A stretch of 64,000 bases of DNA from Marsupella aquatica (lineage: Eukaryota > Plantae > Marchantiophyta). Positions within the stretch are counted from its first letter, which is position 1. Every line of letters begins with the position of its first letter. Positions 24,700-36,192 of this stretch are shown piece by piece. The position numbers were made by a program, and so were the translations under genes. The DNA lies in NCBI GenBank assembly GCA_973895155.1, contig OZ316896.1, positions 17,286,754-17,350,753 of the forward strand, given 5' to 3'. The notes beneath the pieces were generated by a model. The model had not been told where the DNA came from. It did no database searches and saw nothing but the letters and a program-made list of their open reading frames with translations.

Positions 24700-26305
24700 A
24701 TAACTATGTTTCACTCCTGTGATGGCTTAAATACTGTTTATCTTGTCCAACGAGAGTAAATATCAAATAGGACAAGAGAATACTATAATTTCACTCCTAC
24801 AATGAGGATAAATACCATTTTGGATTAGGCAATACTCATTTTTACTCTTTGGAAGACAATAAATACAAATTTGGACGAGATAAATACCAAACTAGCGCTC
24901 CTTTGATGGGGCTATATACTAATTCAGATCAGATAAAAATAATAATTTAATTGTAGATTGGGGATAAATACAAATTCTGGATCAGATGAATACAAGATTA
25001 ACATTTTCTAGGGTCTAGATTAATACCAATTTGGATAAGATAAATACAAAATTTCCACTCAGAGGACGGGGATTTTATCAAGGAGGATCAGATTAATATG
25101 AAGCTTTTTGGTCATAGGGATAAAAACCAGTTGGAATAAAATCATAAATTTTCATTCGTTGGATGGGGTTAAATACCAATTCGAATCAGAGCAATACTAA
25201 ATCTGCACTTCTAAAATGGGGGAAAATATTAATTTGACTTAGATAACTACTGAATTATGCCTGGCAAGTGCTCACAGGCTGAACATATTTTCCATACCAG
25301 AGTAAACTCAATTGTTTTTTTTTGTCATGGAATGTTGTTCTTTCTGTAAGTCCAACAGTTGTGACTTTTTGATGCGTAGTTACCACTACCTTTAAGTTAT
25401 CACGTACAATGTTGGTCTTTGGAAACTCCCGTGAACCACATTGCCCAAAATTTGAGTGTACCTGTAATAACTTGATCCTACTAATTTTAAATATTTTTTA
25501 GTTTTGAGTATGTGCTAGAGGAGTAGGAAGGATCACTTTTCTTGTAAGGATGCAGATCAGATAGATACTGAATTTTTACTTTTATTGTAGGGATGCAGAT
25601 CAGATAGATACTAAATTTCCACTTTTACTGTAAGGATGCAGACCAGAGAGATACTGACTGTTCACTTTTATTGTAAGGATGCAGATTGGATAGATATTAA
25701 AATTTTAACTCCTAGAACAGAGATAAACGCCAAATCGGATGAGATAAATACCAAGTTTCCAGTCCCATTCGGAAGTAAACACGTATTGTGCATCGAGTAA
25801 GAGCCACATCACCCAGACAAAATACTAAACTTGCACAGATAGGATGGGAATAAATGCCAACATGGCTCACATTATGAGTGAATTATGCCTGGCAAGTACT
25901 CACAACTTGAACAATAGTTTTCAAATCACAATAAACTCAATTGTTATTTTAAATCGATGAGTGTTGTTCTTTCCATATATCCAACGGTTCTGACTTTTTG
26001 ATTGGCAGTTACCACTACCCCTAAATCACACCTAGGATAGGGATATCAGATAGATACTAAATTTTCACTTTTATTATAAGGATGCGGATCGGATAAATAC
26101 CAGCTTCTTACTTTTATTGTAAGGATGCCAGTCAGATAGATACTAAATTATTACTGTTATCGTAGGGATGCAGATCAGATAGATATTAAATTTTTAAAAC
26201 TCCTAGGATGGAGATAAACGCCAAGTCGGATGAGATAAATACCAAGTTTTCCAGTCCCGTTCCGATGTAAACACGTACTATAGTGTGCTTCGAGCAAAAG
26301 CCACA
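24700..26305. repeat. Degenerate satellite-like array (43-bp and ~50-56-bp units) with an internal block duplication
   Basis: gatcagatagatact...cacttttattgtaaggatgca recurs at 25555, 25598, 25641, 25684 and ~26044, 26087, 26130, 26173. The block gaattatgcctggcaagt.ctcac...agttaccactacc occurs at 25252 and 25880. Looser ggataaatac units lie at 24700-25250. Confidence 0.85.
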
Positions 26306-28120
26306 TCATTCTTCGTCGAGTGTCGATTCGACAACTGACTAGAGAACAGAACAGAATAGAACCGAACCGAAGCGAAGCGAAGAAAAGAAAAGAGAAGAGA
26401 GTACAGGAGTACAGCAAATTGCGAGTAAAGAAAGCTTCGAGTCCGCCATTAGCGGTAGCCGTAGCCGTGTCAGCGTTGTCAACGATCCAGCGCGTCCCGT
26501 CCACGCCATGAATTCCGGCCATGTGAGATTGCTGTCCGAGCAGGCCGCGACGATAAGGCCAAGAAGAAAAACATGGTGTGGTGGTCGTCGTGGTGGTGGG
26601 GACTGCTGTGCTCCTGCGAGCGAGTAGTAGTAGTACTACTGCAATTAATCAATCCGTTTGTGATGCGGTGGGCGGGCGAATGCCGCCATGGCATGGCAGG
26701 ATTGATTGATTCAGCCCCGGGATCCAGCGTCGTCAACAAAGGGATTTCCATGGCCGTCGGCTCTATGGGTCACCCCTACTGCCTAGTACGTCGGTACAGC
26801 CCTGGAAAGATGAATGGCTATGGTGGAGGAGTAGTAGGGCTGTAGCCTGTAGGGACGAACGTCCGAACGGGACGAACTTTTGAGGAAGGCAGTTGAGGTG
26901 CGTCATTTATTGCTTGAAGTGGATGAGGATCTCTATCTGTCTATCTGCTTCTTCATGCGGCATGACTGACTGGACTTAATTGACTGTACCGCACTGGCTG
27001 GCCGCCATATCCTACTCCGGGACAGTCTGCTGTAACGTAGCACACAGTAAACATTCCGTGGACTCGTGGAGAGTTCATTCGGCAGTTCCGCCATTATAGT
27101 TGCAGTGTAGGTTGTAGCTGCGAGAGTGCGAGAGCACCACTGTAGAGTTGTGCAATTTTCCGCTGATCTAGGTGGGGACAAAAGGTCTTCGACCAGAGTG
27201 GAAAGAAGAGTGGAAAGACGAGGAGGATTGGATTGGACTGTTTTTTGGAGACGGATTGGTTGGGACGGAACTGGAAATTGATATTTAAATTCGGGTGTAA
27301 GGTAGTCGTAGGTGGGCAGACGGACAGGCAAGCATTCAGTCGTGAAGCGTTTCTCTTCTCCATACCGGAACACGTCTTGATGCCTTGTCTTACTGCGTTG
27401 CTGACATTGCTGCGGAAGTAAGTTACAAGGAGGATAGGACGGTGCGACTTCCCGTGTTGCTAGCAGCCCTCTACTGCGCCTCCTCTACTGTAGGAGGACG
27501 AGGAGCAGACGGAGGAGCAGCCCCCCGCGAGGCCTATTGCTTGCTTGTTGTCTACGATTCAAAGTCTTGTTCAAGGTCCGGCAATCGGATTGAAATCTTG
27601 TGCACAGTTTTCGAAACACGCTCTCGCTGAAGGTACTAGAGTGGTAGTAGACTAAGTTTGACGACAGCTGAGCGCCTGAGCTGATCCCAATCACACGACA
27701 ACCGGTGCAGCGGTATATAGTTGACGGCCGAGTCTATCAGAAGCTGTGGTTTCGCTGCTTTGTTAGGTGTAGTGCAAATCTGCAATTCTCCTCCCCGCGC
27801 AGTGCAGAGTAGTGGCCAGGCTTGACCGTTCGGCGTCGGCGGTTGGAAGATGCAAATCTACTACTACTTAATACGGGAATTTCTCATAAATCGTTCTACG
27901 TTACAACTTTTGGACTTCAACTCTTTCGTGCACACGGGAAGCCTCTTGCAACAATACAGCAGGATTTGATTGGAAGTTTGGGCCGATCGGAAGGCGACAG
28001 GATTGCGAGCAAAATAGTGCAAACGTCCGCGAAGAGAGAACGCTTCGTGTTGCTTGGCGTTGGTGTGGTTGTGTGGAACTTGGTCAAGGACTTGCCCTAA
28101 ACCTATGGTAGACGACTTGG

Positions 28121-29782
28121 ATGTGTGATGCGCAGTACTGCTGTGGTGGATTCATGGATAAATTACGGTACTCCGGGGTTGAAGGCGGGGCTGCTCCACG
28201 ATTGTTCACAAAAGCGACAATGCCAATGTTTACCGGGCCAGCAATACAGTTCAGTCTCGCGAGCAGCTGCAATGTGGACGAGCTGGTGCAGCCCTCGTCC
28301 GAGGAATGCGAGGCCTATGCATTGTACTTGCATCTGCCTCACTTGGCTCACCTGCGGAAGAGACGATCATGGCTCGGTTGGTCTAACGAGTCTCTCGTCA
28401 GGCCTGCTCTTCATGGACTAGAGATGGTGTTTAGGATGATTTCGTCTGTGTTTTGCGACCATAGAGCTTATATTGATAAAGGAGAGTGGCTACGTCGACT
28501 AGAAGGGCTAGCTAACGCCCAGCTAGAGCTCATATCCATGATTTGTGAGGGTGATTGTAGTGCCCCTACTACCTCAGCGCAACGATCCACCGCCGCAAGT
28601 TCGAGTCCAAGTTCGAGTCAGAAAGGTACCGGATCTAAGTCAAGTCACAATTCTGTGAAATCTAGTCGAGAGAGTTTGCTTCCCCGAATGGCAACATGGA
28701 AAATGGCCCAAAGCTTGGTCACAAGACTGCACTTCGCGATCGAGGGACACATGTCAAGGGTGCCATTCACTCTAGGTCTCGGAGAGCCCAATCTTTCTGG
28801 AAAGCCTGTGCTCGAGTATGATAAAATCTGCACACCGTCAGAGGTTTATGCGTGCCTTCAATCCGCACCAGGAAGTCCTGAGGATCATGCCTTAGCCACA
28901 GCACATCAAATCGTGGAGTCTTGGCTCGTTGTGGCACAAGGCCTTCTGAAAATTGTGGAGGAGAAGCTCTCGAATGGGAATCCAGGAGGAGCGGCGGACA
29001 AGTGCTGGATCCTCGAGCGTACCTGGAAACTATTCACCAGTACAATGGATTTGTTGCAGGTCATGGATCCAGACGATTTCATGAAGCTTAAGCAGACATT
29101 GGCCATCAAAGCTAAGCCAGGATCTGGGAGCAAGCCAGGTTCGTCTGTGGGCTACGGAGCTGTTGCATTCTGCCTCCGTTCCACCATGCTCAGAACGGTC
29201 ACGAAGGCATGCAAAGAGTTACGGAGCCTCGTGCCAAAGGTGGTAGGCGTGGAGGTTGATCCTAAAGGTGGTCCGAGACTACAAGAAGCGATCATGGAGC
29301 TTTTCAACTCACACGGACAAAGAACAAGAGGGTACCCTTATGACCGTCCCAATTACAGCTATCAAGCGGGCACCATCCATCTTCTGCAAGCTTTTCAGGC
29401 CATCGAAGCGGCCATTCGACAATTTTATTTCACTTACCGGCTTCTGGTTATCACTATCATGGGAAGCGGAGAGTACACGGGTGCCATTCAATCTGAGATC
29501 TCGGGAGCCGATATACTTCATGAACTCTATTCGGAGCCTCCCTACTTTCCTAGCATAGACGGCGCGAAAACGTTCTTAGGCGATTTTTGGCACCACAAGA
29601 TGGGAACGGAGCAGGCAAGGAAGTCTAACAGTCCGGCACGTACCGCAGGAGCTGAACCTGACGGGGATACACTGAGCAGCGGCAGGGGCCAGGCTTCTGC
29701 CACTCCACAGCAAGAATCTCTAGGGAAGCCGAGCGAATCCAGGCAGCCAGGACGACCCCAAAATCTAACCATCAGGGTCTGA
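28121..29782 (+). CDS. HSPRO2: Nematode-resistance protein-like HSPRO (Hs1pro-1 N and C domains), intronless
   Basis: 553-aa ORF with HSPRO motifs CEAYALYLHLP, RPALHGLE..FR, YI...EW.RRLE, SLLPRMATW, FTLGLGEPNLSGKP.LEYD.IC, HQIVESW, MDPDDF.KLK, FCLRS, VEVDPKGGPRLQEA.M, IHLLQ.FQAIEAA and EPPYFPSIDGAKTFLGDFW. Alternative start ATG at 28154. Orthology to HSPRO1 versus HSPRO2 cannot be resolved here. Confidence 0.93.
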   Translation: MCDAQYCCGGFMDKLRYSGVEGGAAPRLFTKATMPMFTGPAIQFSLASSCNVDELVQPSSEECEAYALYLHLPHLAHLRKRRSWLGWSNESLVRPALHGLEMVFRMISSVFCDHRAYIDKGEWLRRLEGLANAQLELISMICEGDCSAPTTSAQRSTAASSSPSSSQKGTGSKSSHNSVKSSRESLLPRMATWKMAQSLVTRLHFAIEGHMSRVPFTLGLGEPNLSGKPVLEYDKICTPSEVYACLQSAPGSPEDHALATAHQIVESWLVVAQGLLKIVEEKLSNGNPGGAADKCWILERTWKLFTSTMDLLQVMDPDDFMKLKQTLAIKAKPGSGSKPGSSVGYGAVAFCLRSTMLRTVTKACKELRSLVPKVVGVEVDPKGGPRLQEAIMELFNSHGQRTRGYPYDRPNYSYQAGTIHLLQAFQAIEAAIRQFYFTYRLLVITIMGSGEYTGAIQSEISGADILHELYSEPPYFPSIDGAKTFLGDFWHHKMGTEQARKSNSPARTAGAEPDGDTLSSGRGQASATPQQESLGKPSESRQPGRPQNLTIRV

Positions 29783-32700
29783 ATAGTTTGGGACAGCTAG
29801 GTAGGCTGATTTCCGTGCGGATTCTCCAGCTCAGATCTCAGATGCCCAAGGAAATCGGTAGCTGGACCAGGTGGACTCAATCATGCCATTGTCCTTACAG
29901 TACAACGCATCGGTGATTTGCTGGCGGGCGGTTCATGATTTAGCATGCTGCATACGAGCTGTCTTTTGTTGGACGCGGCCTCCAGACTTCTGAAGTCCTC
30001 AAACTAAGCTGAACAGGATCAGCGACCCAGTTTTTGTGAAGCAACGAATGGTCGCATCCTCCATCATTCTATAGCCATTTTCCTCCTCCGACGATCGGGC
30101 TGACAACGCTGCCTTCCCTCGTGTCTCCCGTGTTATTTTTCAAGCAACCTTCACCAGGTCTTGAATGGAAACTTCAATTATTTCGCTTTCGGGACCAATT
30201 ATTAGTGGCTTTCAGAGGTAATGGGCAAATACTTGATATGGATCACCATTGTCATAGAGTAGTTGGTGCTGCATACTTATTAGTGTACTGGCGCTGTTGC
30301 TTGCCTCATGCTTCGTGGGCAATCCAGCAACCATTTGTGCGCATAGCGAATTGTGTTCAGGCACTTGATATCCCTGTTGGTGACGTCCCTCCTCCCATTT
30401 TAGAGCTACAGGAGCAGCCGGTTGCTGGCATGATCCTTCAGAGGATCGATGTTGCCAGGCAGATTGGTTCAAGTGGGTTCTCCTACTTTTTTGCCTAGAC
30501 AGATAGATAGGTTTACAAGCGGGAGGCAGGCGATGAGAATGTAGCTGCTTAGTTCACCAGCTTGAGGGCGATGATCCCCACAGGAGATTCTTTTGGGTTT
30601 TTCCGTATGTGGTTTACATTCTAGAACTGTCAGAAGGAGGCGCGTCAACAAAATCGGTGAGCCATTCTTTTGTACGTAATTGAATCGACTGTGTAACATA
30701 TTGCAAACCATTGTAAAAACCAAATTGGCGTGCCTTTTGAAATCTCTGGCTCAAGCTAGTCCGTCCCGGCCAGGGCCTCTCTCGTACATTGGATCTCCGA
30801 CGACAAGTCATGTGTCTCCCTCGCTTGTCCCCCACTCAACGTCTCAACGCTACCATAGTTTCTACGTGATCGATGATCTAGATGGCCACCATTCAGCCCG
30901 CCACGTTCTTCCGGGGGACGCCATGCAATGCCACCTCAGGCGAGTCCGGGCACAGCGTTCTCGATTATTATGACCAGGCCTCCGGGGTACGTCGGACGAT
31001 GCGTTCCTGTTGTTGACAGCATCAATCCAATATTCGTCGTCCAGTTAATGCATACTGCCAGAGAAAGCATGTTTTGGATTTGTCCAGTCGGAGCAACTTT
31101 TCATTCCTGTACTAGATTCTCCACAGATGCCAATATTTTGCCTTCGTGCATCCAAACTATCACTGTTTCTCGTGCCCCCCCCCCCCCCCCCCTTGCGATG
31201 TCTCCCTGTTGAGTACATGACTGACAAGAGTCCTCAGTTTCTTCACCGTGCTGGCTGTTTCTTGTTCCCTTAGTTTGGATTGGTAGTGGTGGGATTCCCC
31301 ACTCCCGCAACGAATCCTCAGTCTGTTGCGGGCGGTGCTGCGATAACCCAGAATCTTCCAGTTATTAAACAATACCGCGAGCTCGAATTCAATTCTCAAA
31401 ACCCTTTGAACGGGGCCGTCTTTTGTTTTTCATCGCTTTGCCGGGAATCTTCACCAAGTCATGCAACAGCGCGTTCTGTTTCTTTTCCTGTGCGTGTCGT
31501 CTGAAGAAAGGCAGCAGTCAGTGCGTCGTCAAGGCTTCCTTGACAAGTCAGCGCTCTTATCCGGAATGGATATGATGCTTAACTTTACGGCATGCCTGAC
31601 TTGACGATTGTCCCTTCATCACTGTCTTTAGTTTGGGCGTGGGGCAAAGTGACCGAGATTGCTCTCTGCGGCCTCTGCTTCGTAAGATCCCCCGAGACGT
31701 CTTGTCACCCAGAGACCAACATGCCGGGAGCAGTCCCAGTGTGACTCGGACTTTGTACTGGAATCGAGCTTCCTATCCAGTAATAGAATACTCTACATAT
31801 ATAGATGAATCAGATACTTTGTGGATTTCGCCCCTCTCATCCTTAAGTCCTCATCAATGACAACACATTGACTAACTGATAAGACGAAAGTGTCTCAGGC
31901 AAACTAACACCACGCGAAAGAGACTGTCTCCCTCCTTTTGCGTGCAGTCGAGAGAAATTTGAAGGGCAAAGAAAAAACAATTGCATTCCACCAATTTTTA
32001 GTAACGGCTGGCGTAGTGCACGCGCGCCATGCCTTGGGGACGAAGATTGGGACCTTTTCATAAATTTCATTGCATTCTTTCTGCACGAACTGGTGTGGGT
32101 GGACGGAGCGCCGGTCTAAAATAATTTCATGTCAGGAGCACGAGACGACCCTCGTGGCTTGAACAATCATGTGAGCCGCCTGACCGACCGACCAATCGAT
32201 CAACCGAAAGTGTTTCAACTTTCCTCACTGAAAAGAAGTGAGACGAAGTCCAGGTGAGTGTCGTGTCGAAGAGTCAGCGAGTGTCACGAGACCGCCTCAT
32301 GCCTTCCCGACGGCTCGAGTCCTGCACAGTAAAGCACTGCTTTTGACTCGGTTCCAATCGCTGACTATGGTGCTGCAGGCATGAACGGGGTGAGGTGCTT
32401 TTATACCAGCGCTGTTAACCTTTTACTGAAACGTTACTCACTGCAGCCATGGGCAATTGACCTCCCCATGTTTATGGCATTTTGCAATGTTCAGGCAGCA
32501 ACAGGCTCCACCGTATTCCAGGGGGCTCAGCACCCTCAAAGTGTGAATAGCTTCCAAATCCATTGAAAACAGTGGCGTTCTTGTTTTTGTAGCGCCACCA
32601 GAAGAGACATGTCCACGAGCCTGACTGTGGAAGTTTTGTTTGTACAAGAGCTGCGGGGATGGCTGGAATGCAGCAAGTCCTGTACAGTGGTCCCACAGAT

Positions 32701-35700
32701 CCCTTTTAGCATTATCTCGAGTTCGCAAAGTTGCCGATCGAGATTTTTCTAGAAATGCTGCATGTTCCAAAGAGGTGTTCGTGATACTCGGAGACCTAAA
32801 TTCAATCTAACGAAATTAATGGCTACCCCATACTTCCCCGTTTCTGAGCCCATCACTATTCCACAGCCAACTTGCAGTCTGCCTAGTGTCACTCCCCAAG
32901 TCAGACCGCATGCCCTTCCCCATGATCGCAGAGCATCGGAGCATTTTGTCTTCTAGACTCGGTCGACGAACAAGTTGATCGAGAACACTCGTCTGTCAAG
33001 ACCGCGCACGTTTCTGCCATGGGTCTCTCAACTCGAGTGTAATGTACAGATCTGGAAGAACTCCTCTGATTCTGCGTCACAGAGGAGGGCTACATTCCTA
33101 ATCAACCGGTCACGGAAGAGAGCATCCCGTCCAGACCATGATTGTTCTCGCCATGTAAACAGAAGATTACAAGGAGGCAGTACGGGAATCTGTGTGCAAG
33201 ACGAGAACACAACATAATGTTCGCGGGTGAATCGATTCGTTTATCATTCTTTAAAAATTGGTCTCATCTATCTTGAAAAAGTCCATTACTATTAAGGGCG
33301 ACGGACTATCATGCAACAGCGGTCGTGAACTGGAAGGATTCATCATTCTGGCAGGGTTGTCTAAGGTGTTGTAGAGTCTAAGGTCTTTTTCATTAGTTGT
33401 CAAGTTGCACGTCTTCAATTCAGACCAAATAAATGGGTGACCTTCCACAGAGGTAATTCTTGTTGAAGGGACAATCTTCTCTCACTCGAGCTCCTCCCCG
33501 CCCCAGACTTCAACTAACTTCAAAATATACTTCCCCAACATATGACCTTAGCTGACATTGCAACATCCAATCCTGAATGAAGTGGCATTGCGGATTGATG
33601 GATCAACCCCAAGTCCTCATATCCGTAAAAGCTCACGAGCTAAATCATACCTGCGTAGCTCCTGGAGAAAAAGCAGTCGTTGTTCCTGTGCTCATCATTT
33701 CACTTCAACTGACTAAGATATGCATACACAAATGGAAACTTAAACAGGAGTAGACCAAAACGGCCGGCATCCAAGGCGAGTTCAGTATCGTCTCCATGAC
33801 TAGTTCTAGCCAAATTCCCGAATTCCATAAATAACCAAAACATGAGTAACATAACTCCGCACAGTTGTGCCTTCCACATCCTTCATCAATCTATTGCAAA
33901 TGTCAAATGAGCACTGTCCTCTCAAATTCAATCATATCTTCGCATAATCACTTCTTACTTTCCAGCCCTCTGTGACATTTATGATTCATCCATTCTTTTT
34001 TCTTTGCTCATCCTACGCAATATTACAACGAGAATTGTGAACTTTATGAAACTATTGTACATTGATAACGAATTGTCCATAATGGAAGAAAAACTGTGTA
34101 TTCTGTCCGCAGTTTCCTACCTGTATGAGGAGCAAACTCAGCATTTCCTGAAGTCCATTCCCTGAAATGTACTTCCCCCAAAAGAAACATCTTGGCTCAA
34201 GTCTTGGCTGCTCTTGAGGGTGTAAAGTAACATGTCAAAACTGAGTCTCAATTCGTGCACATATCACCAGATGTACAAAAAACATACAATAATTCAATGA
34301 TTCCATCTAACAATATTTGAACTTCCCAAGTCTCCGTGTTGTTCATCCAAGGGGCTGAACACAAAGGAGGTTGTCAAATTCTGATTCCTTATTGAGGCTC
34401 ATCGTTTGCAAGACCAGCAACTATCAAGGTTGGACACTGGCAGAAAAACGATGCCTGTCCAGAGTATCGAAGAGCTTCAATTTAGGTCCAAGCAAAACGT
34501 GTCCTGTAGTTCTAAAGCTGGTTGTGAGTTTGCTGCAACTTGACCCTTCAAGCATTGTCAGAATCACATCAAACTGGGTGGATGCCGTTTGCAGTGGACA
34601 GCAATCTAGGAAGAGACTGATTGCAGCAAATTGTGGGCGCAAGAGGGCCTGGCAAGGACAGGATTGGAGTACTTGCAGAATCTGATGAGGAGGTCAAGTT
34701 TCCTGGTAATTCAGAGCCCAACAGCGTGCATGAAGAGTGACTCAAAGTGGATGAATGGGGAAACAATGATGAGTGACCACTGAGCCTGGTGTTGGGGAAG
34801 GTGAGCATGGCACATTTTGGGTTTCTTCATTCAGTACTTGTGGACCAGCGGTCCCTAATTATCAAACTTCATACCTTTACAGTTGGACCTCAATTATGTA
34901 AATTCAACGAGCTTCCATTGAAGTGTCTTAAGGCTTATTCAATCCCTAACGAAAGTTTTCACCAATGAATCAATGGCCAGCTGACTCACGTTTCACAGAA
35001 ATAAGTGACAGAATGAGTGAGAAAGATTATCGACAGAACGGCATTAGCACTCCAGCATTCCAGTTGTAAGTTCTGCAATTGGGAATTGGTACCAGAGTTC
35101 TGTCCAAAAGGTAGCTGATAAATTAGATGGGCATCAATTGAGTACTGTACTGAAAGGCTCGTAGTGACAGTGGGATTGAACTCCTGGTCATCTTTATTTT
35201 ATGAAAACCAGCTGTTTCGCAGTAAGTTCTGACCATGTTTAGTAGGTGATAGGGGATGTATTGACTTTCGTGTGGATTAGCAGTCACAAGTTACAGTTTA
35301 TTCCCGGGTAATTGACATGGACACACGAAGGTGTTTAAGAAAGCCGTGGAGAACCAGTTGGACACAAAATCTTCGTTCGATTCAGATAAGTTCCAAGAAT
35401 TCCTTTGAAGCAAGTCTCCTCTTGAATGATGAGTGACGCTCGATTGAATGCTTTCTGTCGTTTCCCACAGAATGACCCTTTCATCAGAACTTCGCAAGGT
35501 TTTGTTGTGCAAGGTTGAGAGCGTATATGATCATTGATCAGATTGCTGTAAGTGAAACCTTGTGAGCTAAGTTCAAAAGCAGAACGCGTGGGAGCTATGA
35601 ACACCCCTGTGACAAAACCATTGTATTGGAGGGAAAGAAATTGTGAAAGGAAATGTTGCGAATGGCTAGCGTGTGAAATAGTAAATTCAATCTAATCATG

Positions 35701-35794
35701 TTCTCATAATTACGACCAATGAAACTCGAATTCTACTTTTGACAATCGAGTACATTTAAGCACCCCTCGAGTTTGTTCTTCGGTGAAACTTACA

Positions 35795-36192
35795 GTGACA
35801 GATAAGTCTCGAGTAGGACCAGAAAGGCACTTTGCCAGCAGGATTTTTCATTTCACATGCTAGCCCCCATCTGGAAACAGTGAAGGGGGGGTGGGACACT
35901 GTGGCACAAATTCACCTCTGGTCACAGGATAACTCTAGAGTAGGACCAGAAAGGCACCTTGCCAGCAAGATTTCTCATTTCACATGGTAGCCCCCACATG
36001 GAAACAGAAAAGGGGGGGATTGGACATTGTGACTCAAATTCACCTCTGGTCACAGGGATAACTCTAGAGTAGTACCAGAAAGACACTGTGCCAGCAGGAT
36101 TACTCATTCACATAATATTAAAAGACCCTCATCTGGAAATAGAGAAGGGGAGATGGGACACCTGTTGCACCAATACAACTCCTGTCACAGGT
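35795..36192. repeat. ~128-bp tandem repeat, three copies
   Basis: gagtag.accagaaag.cac..tgccagca.gatt..tcatt..cacat...ccccat.tggaaa.ag..aagggggg...ctctggtcacag starts at 35811, 35938 and 36067. Confidence 0.9.

Noticed and set aside
26380-26420. agagaagagagtacag resembles miR529/miR156 sequence
   Set aside because: The match is partial, lies in a purine-rich low-complexity tract, and no complementary arm for a precursor hairpin was seen.
35155-35200. gtgggattgaactc, a reverse B-box or tRNA 3' arm-like motif
   Set aside because: No cloverleaf or A-box could be built. At most it is a tiny SINE/tRNA relic.
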